Shown: positions 6,842 through 16,903, counted from the stretch's first letter. The stretch: DNA of 32,000 nt from Hansschlegelia zhihuaiae (GCF_004103825.1 NZ_RYFI01000018.1:9816-41815); one strand, 5' to 3'. Made by a program: numbers and translations. Notes: generated by a model from the letters alone, not told the origin.

Positions 6842-7668
6842 GGGAGATCCCCGAAGCGCGCCAGCGCCATGCCCTGCTCGGCGACCACATCGCGGAGGGC
6901 CATGAGCGCGGCGAGTTCGTCCGCATAGCGATAGCCCGGCGCGTGGCCCGGCCATGCGTCCGCGACGGCAGGATGGACGTAGATCTCGGTCACGCCGTCC
7001 GGCAGCGCCGCCAGCAGGCGTCTCAGCCGCTCCGCATGCATCGCGCCGCTCCAAGCGAGGCCGAACACCTGATCGGGAACGATCACGCCGGCGCGGCGGA
7101 AGCGTGCGGCGAGAAGGCGCGCCCACAGGATCGCCGGATCCCGCCGCGCCGTCACGCCAGGCTCCGCCGCCGCGAGCACGGCGCGCGGCTCGACCGGCGC
7201 GCGGGCGGCGCGCATGCCGTATCGCCTGCCGATCCTCAGGATCAGAGACGCGATGACGGGGTGGAGATGGAAATGCTTGTGCGCGTTGACGTGGTCGAGC
7301 GGCAGGCCGTTCGCCGAAAAGGCCGCGAACTGCGCTTCGATCTCGTTCGCGAGCTGGCGGCGCGCGGCGGGTCTGACTGTCACGCCGATCGCCGCCCGCA
7401 ACATGTCGCCGCGGAACCGGCCCGAGGAATCGACGAGATGCGAAACCTGTTCCGGCGGCAGCGTCGGGCGGCCCTCCACCAGCACGAGATGGAGCCCGAC
7501 CCCGAGAGACGGCAGCCGGCGCGCGCGCTCGACGGCGTCATCTGCGGCGGGCCCGGCGACCATCAGGCTCGCCGCGGTCAGCACGCCGTCGCGATGCGCC
7601 CGCTCGACCGCCTCGTTGACCGCGACGTCCGCGCCGAAATCATCGGCGGTGACGATAAGGGTCTTCAC
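6838..7668 (-). CDS. hpnK: HpnK, YdjC-family deacetylase (BHT-N-acetylglucosamine deacetylase).
   Basis: MKTLIVTADDFG.. and ..HVNAHKHFHLHP.. are YdjC hallmarks. GTG start at 7668 overlaps the hpnJ stop. Confidence 0.85.
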   Translation of the reverse strand: MKTLIVTADDFGADVAVNEAVERAHRDGVLTAASLMVAGPAADDAVERARRLPSLGVGLHLVLVEGRPTLPPEQVSHLVDSSGRFRGDMLRAAIGVTVRPAARRQLANEIEAQFAAFSANGLPLDHVNAHKHFHLHPVIASLILRIGRRYGMRAARAPVEPRAVLAAAEPGVTARRDPAILWARLLAARFRRAGVIVPDQVFGLAWSGAMHAERLRRLLAALPDGVTEIYVHPAVADAWPGHAPGYRYADELAALMALRDVVAEQGMALARFGDLP

Positions 7669-9098
7669 CCAGCGGCGTCCGCTTCCTTGCGCCGCCGCAG
7701 AAAGTCGAAGAACTCGACGCCTTCGCGCAGGCGCCGCTTCATCATGTCCCAGTCGCGCAGCATCTCGGAGACGATCGACCAGATCTTCGACGGCCTGAAA
7801 TAGAACCGCTTATAGAACTCCTCGACCTTGTGGTAGATGACGGCCGCCGGCAGGTGCGGATAGCTCAGCTGCGCGATCTGGTCGCCGCCGTCGGTCAGGA
7901 GGTGATCGCCGCCGTCGAACCAGCCGTTCTCGGTCGCCTGCCGGTAGAGGAACGTGCCCGGATAAGGCGCGGCCAGCGACACCTGAATGGTGTGGGGGTC
8001 GATGTCCTTGGCGTACTCGATGGTTTCTTCGATCGTCTCCTCGGTCTCGCCCGGGAGGCCGAGGATGAAGGTGCCGTGGATGACGATGCCGAGCGCGTGG
8101 CAATCCTTGGTGAAGCGGCGCGCCACGTCGGTGCGCATGCCCTTCTTGATGTTGTGCAGGATCTGCTGGTTGCCGCTCTCGTAGCCGACGAGCAGCAGGC
8201 GCAGGCCGTTGTCCTTCATCACCTTCAGCGTCTTGTACGGGACGTTGGCCTTGGCGTTGCAGGACCAGACGACTCCGAGCCTGCCGAGCTCGACGGCCAG
8301 CTCCTCGACGCGCGGCAGGTTGTCGGTGAGCGTGTCGTCGTCGAAGAAGATCTCCTTCACCTCCGGCATCTCGGCCTGCACGTATTTCACCTCTTCGATC
8401 ACGTGGGCGATCGACCGGGTGCGGTAGTTGTGGCCGCCCACGGTCTGGGGCCAGAGGCAGAAGGTGCAGCGGCTCTTGCAGCCGCGCCCGGTGTAGAACG
8501 ATACGTAAGGGTGCAGCAGGTAGCCGCCGAAATACTTCTCGAGCTGCAGGTCGCGCTTGTAGACCGGCGCGACGAAGGGCAGCAGATCCATGTTCTCCAG
8601 CACCGGACGATCGGCGTTGTGGACGATCTCGCCGGCTTCGTTGCGGTAGCTGATCCCGGCGATGTCCGGCAGCGGAAGCCCCATCGCGACGTCGAGGATC
8701 GTGAAGTCGAACTCGTTGCGCGCGACGAAATCCACCGCCGGCGCCGCCTCGAGCGACGTCTGCGGCTCGACCGCCACCTTCGCGCCGATCATGCCGATGA
8801 CGAGCTTCGGATTGCGCGCCTTGAGCAGCTCGGCGGTGCGGACGTCCTGCCGGAACGACGGCGTCGAGGTGTGCAGGATGACGAGGTCGCGCTCGTCGGC
8901 CTCATGGCTGATGTCGTCCCAGCCGAGGCCGTGCGCCGGGGCGTCGATCAGCTTCGAGCCTTCGACCAGGGCCGCGGGCTGCGCGAGCCAGGTCGGATAC
9001 CAGAACGACTTGACCTCGCGCTTCATCTGGTAGCGCGCGCCGGCGCCGCCGTCATAACCGTCGAAGGAGGGCGCCTGGAGGAACAGGGTCCGCATCAT
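7665..9098 (-). CDS. hpnJ: HpnJ, B12-binding-domain radical SAM enzyme (BHT cyclitol ether formation), 477 aa.
   Basis: CKSRCTFC radical-SAM CxxxCxxC motif with an N-terminal B12-binding-like region. ATG at 9098 overlaps the hpnI stop (ATGA). Confidence 0.85.
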   Translation of the reverse strand: MMRTLFLQAPSFDGYDGGAGARYQMKREVKSFWYPTWLAQPAALVEGSKLIDAPAHGLGWDDISHEADERDLVILHTSTPSFRQDVRTAELLKARNPKLVIGMIGAKVAVEPQTSLEAAPAVDFVARNEFDFTILDVAMGLPLPDIAGISYRNEAGEIVHNADRPVLENMDLLPFVAPVYKRDLQLEKYFGGYLLHPYVSFYTGRGCKSRCTFCLWPQTVGGHNYRTRSIAHVIEEVKYVQAEMPEVKEIFFDDDTLTDNLPRVEELAVELGRLGVVWSCNAKANVPYKTLKVMKDNGLRLLLVGYESGNQQILHNIKKGMRTDVARRFTKDCHALGIVIHGTFILGLPGETEETIEETIEYAKDIDPHTIQVSLAAPYPGTFLYRQATENGWFDGGDHLLTDGGDQIAQLSYPHLPAAVIYHKVEEFYKRFYFRPSKIWSIVSEMLRDWDMMKRRLREGVEFFDFLRRRKEADAAG

Positions 9099-10237
9099 GA
9101 TGTCTGGTCCCGACGGTTCTCGAGGCGACCTGCAGCGTCCACGGCGAAGGTCGCGCCGCGCCATTCAACTGAACCCCTGAAGAATGTCCAGACGAACACG
9201 GCGAAGGAAAGGAGGTCACGCGCCGGGATCCAGCGCAGCGGCGCGGCGCGCGCGGCCGCCCGCCGGTCGACCAGCAGCGCGATCGTCAGCCGGGCCGCGA
9301 GCGCCGCGCCGATCGCCGCCAAGGACAGCGGCGTGAATCCCAGAAAGGCCGCCCCGACGAGCGCGGTCGGAAAGGGATGCAGAACGACGCTGCCGGCGAA
9401 GCCGGCCTTGTCGAGGCGCTGGATCGTGAGGCTCCAGCGCAGCTCCTGCCGGAGCAGCGCCTTCAGGCTGGTTTCGGCGCAGGCATGGGTCAGCAGCAGG
9501 TCGGCCAGGACGACCTCTTCGCCTCGGGCCCGGACGGCCGCGCCGATCGCATAGTCGTCGGCGAGACGGTCGGAGAACGCCGCAAATCCGCCGATCGCCT
9601 CGAGCGTCCGCGCTCGGAGCGCGATGGTCGATCCCATGCATGGGCTGGCGAGGCCGAGAGCCGTGCCGAGCAGGACGCTCGGCAGGAAGTGGGCGTTGAT
9701 CCCCATCGCGGCGAGCCGCGACCATCCCCCGGCGTCGCCGCGCCCGCGGTAGAGGCAGGTGACCGCCCCCACGCCCGGCGCGTCGAGCGCCGCCGTCACG
9801 CGCGCCAGATAGTCGCGGCCGACGGCCATGTCGCTGTCGCTCACGATCAGAACGGCGTGGCGGGCCTTGGCAGCCATGTTGACGAGGTTGGAGATCTTGG
9901 CGTTCGCGCCGTGGATCGTAGGATCGACCACCAGCGTGATGTCGGCCTGCGGGCGCGCCTCGCGCAAGGCTTGCACGACGGCGATCGCCGGGTCGGAGGC
10001 GCTCTGGACGCCGCAGACGAGCTGAACCGGACCGTCATGATTCTGGTCTAGGAAGCTCGCCAGATTGGCGAGCAGCTCCGGCTCCGCGCCGTGCAGCGGC
10101 TTCAGGATGGTCACAGCGTCGGCGCGGATCGCCGCGGGGGATCGCGGCGCGAACCGAAAGAGGCGCGCCGCGGCGACCAGCAGGCACGCCGTTCCGGCCG
10201 CGGACAGCAACAGCAGGGCGTAGCCGGCATAGTCCAT
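9095..10237 (-). CDS. hpnI: HpnI, family-2 glycosyltransferase (ceramide-glucosyltransferase-like), 380 aa from ATG 10237. The longest ORF runs to 10321.
   Basis: N-terminal TM helix followed by a GT2 core (..VTILKPLHG.., ..VSDSDM.., ..DDYAIG.., ..QELRW..). Start 10321 would overlap the hpnA start codon on the other strand and has no RBS. Confidence 0.8.
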   Translation of the reverse strand: MDYAGYALLLLSAAGTACLLVAAARLFRFAPRSPAAIRADAVTILKPLHGAEPELLANLASFLDQNHDGPVQLVCGVQSASDPAIAVVQALREARPQADITLVVDPTIHGANAKISNLVNMAAKARHAVLIVSDSDMAVGRDYLARVTAALDAPGVGAVTCLYRGRGDAGGWSRLAAMGINAHFLPSVLLGTALGLASPCMGSTIALRARTLEAIGGFAAFSDRLADDYAIGAAVRARGEEVVLADLLLTHACAETSLKALLRQELRWSLTIQRLDKAGFAGSVVLHPFPTALVGAAFLGFTPLSLAAIGAALAARLTIALLVDRRAAARAAPLRWIPARDLLSFAVFVWTFFRGSVEWRGATFAVDAAGRLENRRDQTS

Positions 10238-10319
10238 GACCGACCAATGCCCCAGTCGCGCAAGAAGGTCGATCTCTGCTTCTCGCGATACGGTGAGGCG
10301 TTTAGGGTCGATCGTCGTC
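10238..10319. promoter_or_regulatory. Divergent hpnI / hpnA intergenic region; presumed to hold both promoters.
   Basis: Positional inference only; no consensus promoter elements were recognised. Confidence 0.3.
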
Positions 10320-11333
10320 ATGGAGGAAACGCTGACCCGATCGTCCGACCTTGTCCTTCTGACGGGCGCGTCAGGCTTTGTCGGGGCGGCCGTCGCGCGC
10401 GCTTTGCTGCGGCGCGGCTACAAGGTGCGGGCGATGGCGCGCGCGTCGAGCCCAAGGACCAACCTCGCCGACCTCGACGCGGAGATCGTGGTCGGCGACT
10501 TGCTCGACCGCGCGTCGCTCGATCGCGCGATGGCGGGCGTCGCGCGCCTCTGCCATGTCGCCGCGGACTACCGCATCTGGGCGCCGGATCCCGAGGAGAT
10601 CGTCCGCAACAACCTGGCCGGAACCCGTAACCTCATGGAGGCGGCGCTCGCGGCCGGCGTCGAGCGGATCGTCTACACCAGCAGCGTCGCGACGCTGCGA
10701 CCGGACCCCGCGGGAGTCGCCGACGAAAGCCGACCCGCGGCGCCGGACCAGGCGGTCGGCGCTTACAAGAGAAGCAAGGTCGAGGCGGAGCGGATGGTCG
10801 AACGGATGGTCGCCGAGCGCGGCCTGCCCGCGGTGATCGTGCTGCCCTCCACGCCGATCGGGCCGCGCGACGTGCGGCCGACGCCGACCGGACGGATCGT
10901 CGTCGAGGCGGCGTCGGGACGGATGCCGGCCTTCGTCGAGAGCGGGCTCAACCTCGTCCATGTGGACGACGTCGCGGAAGGCCACGTGCTGGCGCTGGAG
11001 CGCGGCCGGATCGGCGAGCGCTACATCCTGGGCGGCCAGGACGTTTCGCTGCGCGCGATGCTGGCGACGATCGCGCGGCTCGCCGGGCGCCGGGCGCCGA
11101 CGATCAGCCTGCCGCGCGCGCCGCTGTTTCCGCTCGCCTGGGTCAATGAGCGGATGGCGCGACTGACGGGCAGGGAGCCTTTCCTGACGCTCGACGGACT
11201 GCGCATGGCGGCGCATGCGATGTATTTTTCGAGCGCGAAAGCGCAGAACGAGCTCGGCTACAGCGCGCGGCCCTACGAAGCGGGGCTGAAAGACGCCATC
11301 GACTGGTTCCGGCGCGAGGGAATGATCGCGTGA
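10320..11333 (+). CDS. hpnA: HpnA, hopanoid-associated NAD-dependent sugar epimerase/dehydratase-family protein, 337 aa.
   Basis: LLTGASGFVGAAV Rossmann motif and YKRSK catalytic YxxxK. First gene of the plus-strand hpn operon. Confidence 0.85.
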   Translation: MEETLTRSSDLVLLTGASGFVGAAVARALLRRGYKVRAMARASSPRTNLADLDAEIVVGDLLDRASLDRAMAGVARLCHVAADYRIWAPDPEEIVRNNLAGTRNLMEAALAAGVERIVYTSSVATLRPDPAGVADESRPAAPDQAVGAYKRSKVEAERMVERMVAERGLPAVIVLPSTPIGPRDVRPTPTGRIVVEAASGRMPAFVESGLNLVHVDDVAEGHVLALERGRIGERYILGGQDVSLRAMLATIARLAGRRAPTISLPRAPLFPLAWVNERMARLTGREPFLTLDGLRMAAHAMYFSSAKAQNELGYSARPYEAGLKDAIDWFRREGMIA

Positions 11334-12196
11334 TCGACATCGCGACGGCGGCCGGGAGCACGACCGCGGGGAAGCTCGCATCCGGCAAGGACCACCGACA
11401 GGAGAATTTCCCGGTCGCCTCGATTGTGCTGAAGCGCGAGCAGCGGGCGCCCATCATGGCGTTCTACCGGTTCGCGCGGGCCGCCGATGACGTCGCCGAC
11501 AATCCGACGGCGAGCGCCGCGGAGCGGCTGTCCGTGCTCGCCGCGATGCGATCGACGCTGGCCGGAGAGAGCGACGAAAGCGAGGAGGCGCGCGCCCTGC
11601 GCGCCGTTCTGACCGAGCGCGGGCTGACGCCGCGCCACGGCCTCGACCTGCTCACCGCGTTCGAGCGCGACTGCACGGTCGCCCGCTACCGGACATGGGA
11701 CGACCTGATCGGCTACTGCCGGCATTCGGCCATGCCGGCCGGGCGCTATGTGCTCGACGTCCATGGCGAATCCCAGGCGACCTGGCCGGCCTCGGACGCG
11801 CTGTGCGCGGCGCTGCAGATCATCAATCACCTTCAGGACTGCGCGAAGGATTTCCGCGCGCTCGATCGGGTCTATCTGCCGCTCGAGATGCTGGCCGAGA
11901 ACGGGGCGGAGGTCGGCGATCTCGGGGGCCCCGCGGCGACGCCGGGATTGCGGGCGACCATCGAACAGATGGCGACGCGAACCGACGATCTTCTGGGCCA
12001 ATCCGCAAGCTTCGCCGCGCAGATCCGCGACCGGCGGCTCTCCGTGGAGGTCGCGATCATCCACCGTCTCGCGACGAGCCTGACGGCGCGACTGAAGACG
12101 CGCGATCCACTCTCGCAACGGGTGCATCATCGCCGGCGCGAAGCGCTCTGGCTCGCGGCGACCGCCGGGCTGTCGCGCCTGGCGGGCCGGTCATGA
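11330..12196 (+). CDS. hpnC: HpnC, squalene-synthase-like enzyme (presqualene diphosphate to hydroxysqualene).
   Basis: ENFPVAS.., ..FYRFARAADDVAD Asp-rich motif. GTG start overlaps the hpnA stop (GTGA). Confidence 0.85.
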   Translation: MIDIATAAGSTTAGKLASGKDHRQENFPVASIVLKREQRAPIMAFYRFARAADDVADNPTASAAERLSVLAAMRSTLAGESDESEEARALRAVLTERGLTPRHGLDLLTAFERDCTVARYRTWDDLIGYCRHSAMPAGRYVLDVHGESQATWPASDALCAALQIINHLQDCAKDFRALDRVYLPLEMLAENGAEVGDLGGPAATPGLRATIEQMATRTDDLLGQSASFAAQIRDRRLSVEVAIIHRLATSLTARLKTRDPLSQRVHHRRREALWLAATAGLSRLAGRS

Positions 12197-13032
12197 CCGC
12201 CAAGGCGGCCCCGGCCTCGCTGCAGGCGCAGGTCTCGGGGAGCTCGTTCTATGCCGGGATGCGCGTGCTGCCCAAGGCCGAGCGCGAGGCGATGTACGCG
12301 GTCTACGCCTTCTGCCGCGCGGTCGACGACATCGCCGATGACGCGACCGGCGATCGCGCCGGGCGCGCCGCAGCGCTCGACGCGTGGCGCGACGATATCG
12401 AGGCGCTCTATGCCGGGCGCGATCCGGGCAAGGCGGCGTTCCTCGCCGAGGCGGTCGCGCACTTCGGGCTCGACAAGGCCGATTTCCTCACCGTGATCGA
12501 CGGCATGGCGATGGACGTCGCGGGCGACATCCGCTGGCCGCCCTTCGCGACGCTCGATCTCTACTGCGACCGGGTCGCGTCGGCGGTCGGGCGGCTTTCG
12601 GTCCGGGTTTTCGGGATGGACCGCGCCATTGGCGTCGCGCTCGCGCGCCATCTCGGCCGGGCGCTGCAGCTCACCAACATCCTGCGCGACATCGACGAGG
12701 ACGCCGCGATCGGCCGGGTCTATCTCGCGGCCGAGCACCTTCAGTCCGCCGGAATCGCCTTGACGACGCCGCTCCATGTCGTCAGAGACCCGCGGCTCGA
12801 CGCCGCCTGCCGCGAACTGGCGGCGGTCGCCCATACCCACTATCGGGCGGCCGGCGCGATTCTCGCGAAACGGCCGCGCGGCCATCTGATCGCGCCGCGG
12901 TTGATGGCCGCGGTCTACGCCAAGCTCCTGCGCCGGATGGAGGCCGTCGGCTGGGCGCCGCCCCGAATCCCGGTCAAGGTCAACAAGGCGGCGCTGATCT
13001 TCACGCTCATGCGCCTGAGCCTGCTTCGTTGA
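12193..13032 (+). CDS. hpnD: HpnD, presqualene diphosphate synthase, 279 aa.
   Basis: SSFYAGMRVLP.., ..FCRAVDDIADD. ATG at 12193 overlaps the hpnC stop (ATGA). The long Arg-rich upstream extension from 11695 is rejected. Confidence 0.85.
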   Translation: MTAKAAPASLQAQVSGSSFYAGMRVLPKAEREAMYAVYAFCRAVDDIADDATGDRAGRAAALDAWRDDIEALYAGRDPGKAAFLAEAVAHFGLDKADFLTVIDGMAMDVAGDIRWPPFATLDLYCDRVASAVGRLSVRVFGMDRAIGVALARHLGRALQLTNILRDIDEDAAIGRVYLAAEHLQSAGIALTTPLHVVRDPRLDAACRELAAVAHTHYRAAGAILAKRPRGHLIAPRLMAAVYAKLLRRMEAVGWAPPRIPVKVNKAALIFTLMRLSLLR

Positions 13033-14282
13033 AGAGGCGCGCTTGGGTCATCGGCGCGGGTCTTGCGGGCTTGTCGGCCGCGGTCGAGCTCACGCAGGCC
13101 GGCTTCGCGGTCGAGGCGGCGGAGGCCGCCGCGCAGGCCGGCGGACGCTGCCGCAGCCACCACGATCCGAAGCTCGGCCGCGTCATCGACAACGGCAACC
13201 ATCTGGTCCTGTCCGGCAACGAGGCGGTGGCGCGGTATCTGGCGACGATCGGCGCGAGCGACCGGCTGAGCGGACCGGACGCGGCGGCGTTCCCGTTCGT
13301 GGATCGCGCGAGCGGCGCGCGCTGGACGTTCCGGCCGAACCAGGGGCGCTTGCCGTGGTGGATGTTGGCGCGCGACAGGCGGACGCCGGGAACGACGGCC
13401 CTGTCGCATGCGCGTTTCGTCTCGCTGATGACGGGCGCGCATGGGCAAACCGTCGCCGCGCGGGTCGACCCACAAGGGCCGGTCTGGGACAAGCTGCTGA
13501 GGCCGGTGCTGCTCGCCGCGCTCAACACCGCCCCCGAGGAAGCGTCGGCCGCGCTTACCGCGTCCGTGATCCGTGAGACGCTGGCGCGCGGCGGGCGGGC
13601 GATGCGGCCGATGATCGCCGAACCCAGCCTCGCCGCAGCCTTCGTCGACCCCGCGCTGGCGTGGCTCGCGGCGCGCGGCGTCGCGGTCGCGGTCGGCCGT
13701 CGGCTCAAATCGCTGACCATCGAGGGGGATCGCATCGCCGGGCTCGATTTCGGCGACGGCGGAAGACCAGTGGCGGCGAACGATGCGGTCGTCCTCGCGG
13801 TCCCGCCCTGGGTCGCCGCGGCGCTGCTCCCCGGCCTCACGGTTCCGGACGAGCACCGGGCGATTGTGAACGCGCATTTCGCGTATCGGCCGCCGGCGGA
13901 AGCGCCTCGGATGATCGGCGTCATCGGCGGCGACGCAGAATGGATCTTCGCGTTCGACGACCGGATCTCGGTGACGGTCAGCGCGGCCGACCGCCTGATC
14001 GACGTCGATCGCGAACAGCTCGCCCGGCGCTTCTGGGCCGACATCGCCGCGGTCCACGGCCTGCCCGTCGCCCTGCCGCCCTGGCAGATCGTCAAGGAGA
14101 AGCGCGCGACTTTCGCCGCGACGCCCGCGCAGGACGCCAGACGTCCGCCCGCCGCCACACGCTGGCGCAACCTCATTCTCGCCGGGGACTGGACCCAGAC
14201 CGGGCTGCCCGCCACCATCGAGGGCGCGCTCCGCTCGGGCGCGACCGCCGCCCGCTTGGCGGCGGCGCTTCGCGTCGTGTAG
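13029..14282 (+). CDS. hpnE: HpnE, FAD-dependent hydroxysqualene dehydroxylase (amine-oxidase family), 417 aa.
   Basis: VIGAGLAGL dinucleotide-binding motif 6 aa after a TTG start that overlaps the hpnD stop (TTGA). No ATG or GTG is available near the motif. Confidence 0.8.
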   Translation: MKRRAWVIGAGLAGLSAAVELTQAGFAVEAAEAAAQAGGRCRSHHDPKLGRVIDNGNHLVLSGNEAVARYLATIGASDRLSGPDAAAFPFVDRASGARWTFRPNQGRLPWWMLARDRRTPGTTALSHARFVSLMTGAHGQTVAARVDPQGPVWDKLLRPVLLAALNTAPEEASAALTASVIRETLARGGRAMRPMIAEPSLAAAFVDPALAWLAARGVAVAVGRRLKSLTIEGDRIAGLDFGDGGRPVAANDAVVLAVPPWVAAALLPGLTVPDEHRAIVNAHFAYRPPAEAPRMIGVIGGDAEWIFAFDDRISVTVSAADRLIDVDREQLARRFWADIAAVHGLPVALPPWQIVKEKRATFAATPAQDARRPPAATRWRNLILAGDWTQTGLPATIEGALRSGATAARLAAALRVV

Positions 14283-14291
14283 GCGTCGGTC

Positions 14292-16223
14292 ATGGATTTC
14301 GTCCTCGAAACGTCCGACATCATCAGCGAGGCGGACCGATGCGCGAACCGCGCCGCGGAGGCGATGAGAGCGGCGCAGCGCGAGGACGGCCACTGGGTGT
14401 TCGAGCTCGAGGCCGACGCCACGATCCCGGCCGAATTCGTGCTGCTCAAGCACTTCCTGGGGGAGCCGCGCGACGCGGCGCTCGAGGCCAAGATCGGCGT
14501 CTATCTGCGCCGCATCCAGGGCGACCATGGCGGCTGGCCGCTGTTTCACGGCGGCGCGCTCGACGTCAGCGCGAGCGTGAAGGCCTATTTCGCCCTCAAG
14601 GTGATCGGCGACGACGTCGACGCGCCCCACATGGCGCGCGCCAGGGCCGCGATCCTGGCCGCCGGCGGCGCCGAGGCGGTGAACGTCTTCACCCGCATCC
14701 AGCTCGCGCTGTTCGCGGCCGGCCCCTGGGACGCGGTCCCCATGCTGCCCGTCGAACTCATCCTGCTGCCGCGCTGGTTCCCGGTGCATCTTTCGAAAAT
14801 GTCCTACTGGTCGCGCGCCGTGATCGTGCCGCTGCTCGTGCTCGGCGCGCTGAAGCCGGTGGCGCGGGATCGGTCGGTTCGGGTCGACGAGCTGTTCACC
14901 GGCAGGCGGACGTCGCCAACCAGCAAGGCCGCGGGCGCGAAGCCCTTGTGGGGCGCGCTGTTCAACGGACTCGACGCCGTCTTGAAGCGGGTCGAGCCGT
15001 TCTTCCCCAAGACGCTCCGCCAGCGCGCGATCGACGCCTGCGTCGCCTTCGTGGTCGAGCGGCTCAATGGCGTCGACGGGCTCGGAGCGGTCTATCCGGC
15101 GATGGCGAACTGCGTGATGATGTTCGCCTGCCTCGATTACCCGGAAGATCACCCGCACCGGGCGGCGGCGCGCGAGTCCCTCGAGCGGCTGCTCGTGATC
15201 GGCGAGGACGAGGCTTACTGCCAGCCCTGCGTCTCGCCGGTCTGGGACACCGCTCTCGCCGCCCACGCCATGATGGAGGCGGGCGACGACGCCTCCGCCC
15301 GAGCCGCGCTCGACTGGCTGAAGCCGCTGCAGGTGCTCGATCTGAAGGGCGACTGGGCGGAGAGGCGGCCGGGCGTCCGGCCGGGCGGCTGGGCCTTCCA
15401 GTACAACAACGCGCACTACCCCGATCTCGACGACACCGCCGTCGTCGTCATGGCGATGGACCGGGCGAAAGGCCGGAGCGGCGGAGCCTATGACGAGGCG
15501 ATCGCGCGCGGCGCGGAGTGGACGGCGGGCCTGCAGAGCCGCGACGGCGGCTGGGGCGCGTTCGACGCCGACAACAGCCACCATTACCTCAACAACATCC
15601 CGTTCGCCGATCACGGCGCGCTGCTCGATCCGCCGACCAGCGACGTGACGGCGCGGTGCCTCTCCATGCTGGCCCAGCTCGGCGAGCGGGACACGCCCCG
15701 CGTGAAGGCGGCGCTGGCGTTCCTCGAGAAGGAGCAGATGCCGGATGGCAGCTGGTTCGGCCGCTGGGGGGTGAACTACATCTACGGGACCTGGTCGGCG
15801 CTGTGCGCGCTGAACGCCGCGGGGGTGGACCCGGCGTCGCCCATGGTGCGCAGAGCGGTCGACTGGCTGGTCTCGATCCAGAACGACGACGGCGGCTGGG
15901 GCGAGGACTGCGAAAGCTATGCGCTCGACTATGCCGGATATGCGCCGGCGCCGTCGACCGCGTCCCAGACGGGATGGGCGCTGCTCGGCTTGATGGCCGC
16001 CGGCGCGGTGCGCGAGCCGGCGGTGGAGCGGGGGGTTCGCCACCTCGTCGCGACACAGGGCGCCGACGGGTTCTGGCGGCAGGACTTCCACACCGGCGGC
16101 GGCTTCCCGCGCGTGTTCTACCTGCGCTACCACGGCTATCCGAAGTATTTCCCGCTCTGGGCGCTGGCGCGCTATCGCAATCTCGTGCGCTCGAACGGCT
16201 CCTCCGTGGCGTTCGGGATGTGA
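14292..16223 (+). CDS. shc: Squalene-hopene cyclase.
   Basis: DLDDTA catalytic motif (HYPDLDDTAVVV) and multiple QW repeats (QSRDGGWGAF, QNDDGGWGE, QMPDGSWFGRWG). Confidence 0.95.
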   Translation: MDFVLETSDIISEADRCANRAAEAMRAAQREDGHWVFELEADATIPAEFVLLKHFLGEPRDAALEAKIGVYLRRIQGDHGGWPLFHGGALDVSASVKAYFALKVIGDDVDAPHMARARAAILAAGGAEAVNVFTRIQLALFAAGPWDAVPMLPVELILLPRWFPVHLSKMSYWSRAVIVPLLVLGALKPVARDRSVRVDELFTGRRTSPTSKAAGAKPLWGALFNGLDAVLKRVEPFFPKTLRQRAIDACVAFVVERLNGVDGLGAVYPAMANCVMMFACLDYPEDHPHRAAARESLERLLVIGEDEAYCQPCVSPVWDTALAAHAMMEAGDDASARAALDWLKPLQVLDLKGDWAERRPGVRPGGWAFQYNNAHYPDLDDTAVVVMAMDRAKGRSGGAYDEAIARGAEWTAGLQSRDGGWGAFDADNSHHYLNNIPFADHGALLDPPTSDVTARCLSMLAQLGERDTPRVKAALAFLEKEQMPDGSWFGRWGVNYIYGTWSALCALNAAGVDPASPMVRRAVDWLVSIQNDDGGWGEDCESYALDYAGYAPAPSTASQTGWALLGLMAAGAVREPAVERGVRHLVATQGADGFWRQDFHTGGGFPRVFYLRYHGYPKYFPLWALARYRNLVRSNGSSVAFGM

Positions 16224-16903
16224 CGATCCTGGTCGCCTGCGGATTGCGGCGCGAAGCCCGCATGATGAGAGGGCGCGGCCTCGTTCCCGTCGTCGGCGGC
16301 GGCAGGGCGACCGCGCTCGAGGACGAGCTGGAGCGCCGCGTCACGCGGTTCGCGCCGGTCGCCGCGATCCTGTCCAGCGGCCTCGCCGGAGCGCTCGACC
16401 CGTCCCTGAAGCCCGGCGACGTCGTCGTCGGACATCTGGTCGCCTCGGCGGATGGAGGAAGCTCCATTCTGGAGAGGATCAGGGCTCTCCTCCCGCAGGC
16501 GCGGGTCGGCCCGATCGTCGGCAGCGACGTGATCGTGGCCACGGTCGAGGAGAAGCGCGCGCTTCACGCCCGCACCGGCGCCGTCGCGATCGACATGGAG
16601 TCCCACATAGCCGCCCGCGTCGCCGCTCGCCACGGCCTGCCGTTCGCGGCGCTGCGGACGATCTCCGACGGCGCGGACCAAGAGCTGCCGACCGCGGCGC
16701 TTGTCGGGCTGCGGCCCGACGGGCGGATGGCGGTCGGCGCCGTTCTGGCGTCGCTCGCGCGCGATCCGGCGCAGCTGTCGGCTCTCATGGGCGCCGCGAT
16801 CGGCGCCGAACGCGCGTTCCGGGCGCTACTCCGCAGCCACGACGTGCTTGCCCGCGCGGGGATTGGCGGCGCGGATCCGGGCCAGCTCCCGCTCGACATG
16901 TGA
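16220..16903 (+). CDS. hpnG: HpnG, nucleoside-phosphorylase-family adenosylhopane nucleosidase, 227 aa.
   Basis: PNP/UDP-family motifs (..AIDMESH.., ..LRTISD..). GTG at 16220 overlaps the shc stop (GTGA). Confidence 0.8.
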   Translation: MTILVACGLRREARMMRGRGLVPVVGGGRATALEDELERRVTRFAPVAAILSSGLAGALDPSLKPGDVVVGHLVASADGGSSILERIRALLPQARVGPIVGSDVIVATVEEKRALHARTGAVAIDMESHIAARVAARHGLPFAALRTISDGADQELPTAALVGLRPDGRMAVGAVLASLARDPAQLSALMGAAIGAERAFRALLRSHDVLARAGIGGADPGQLPLDM

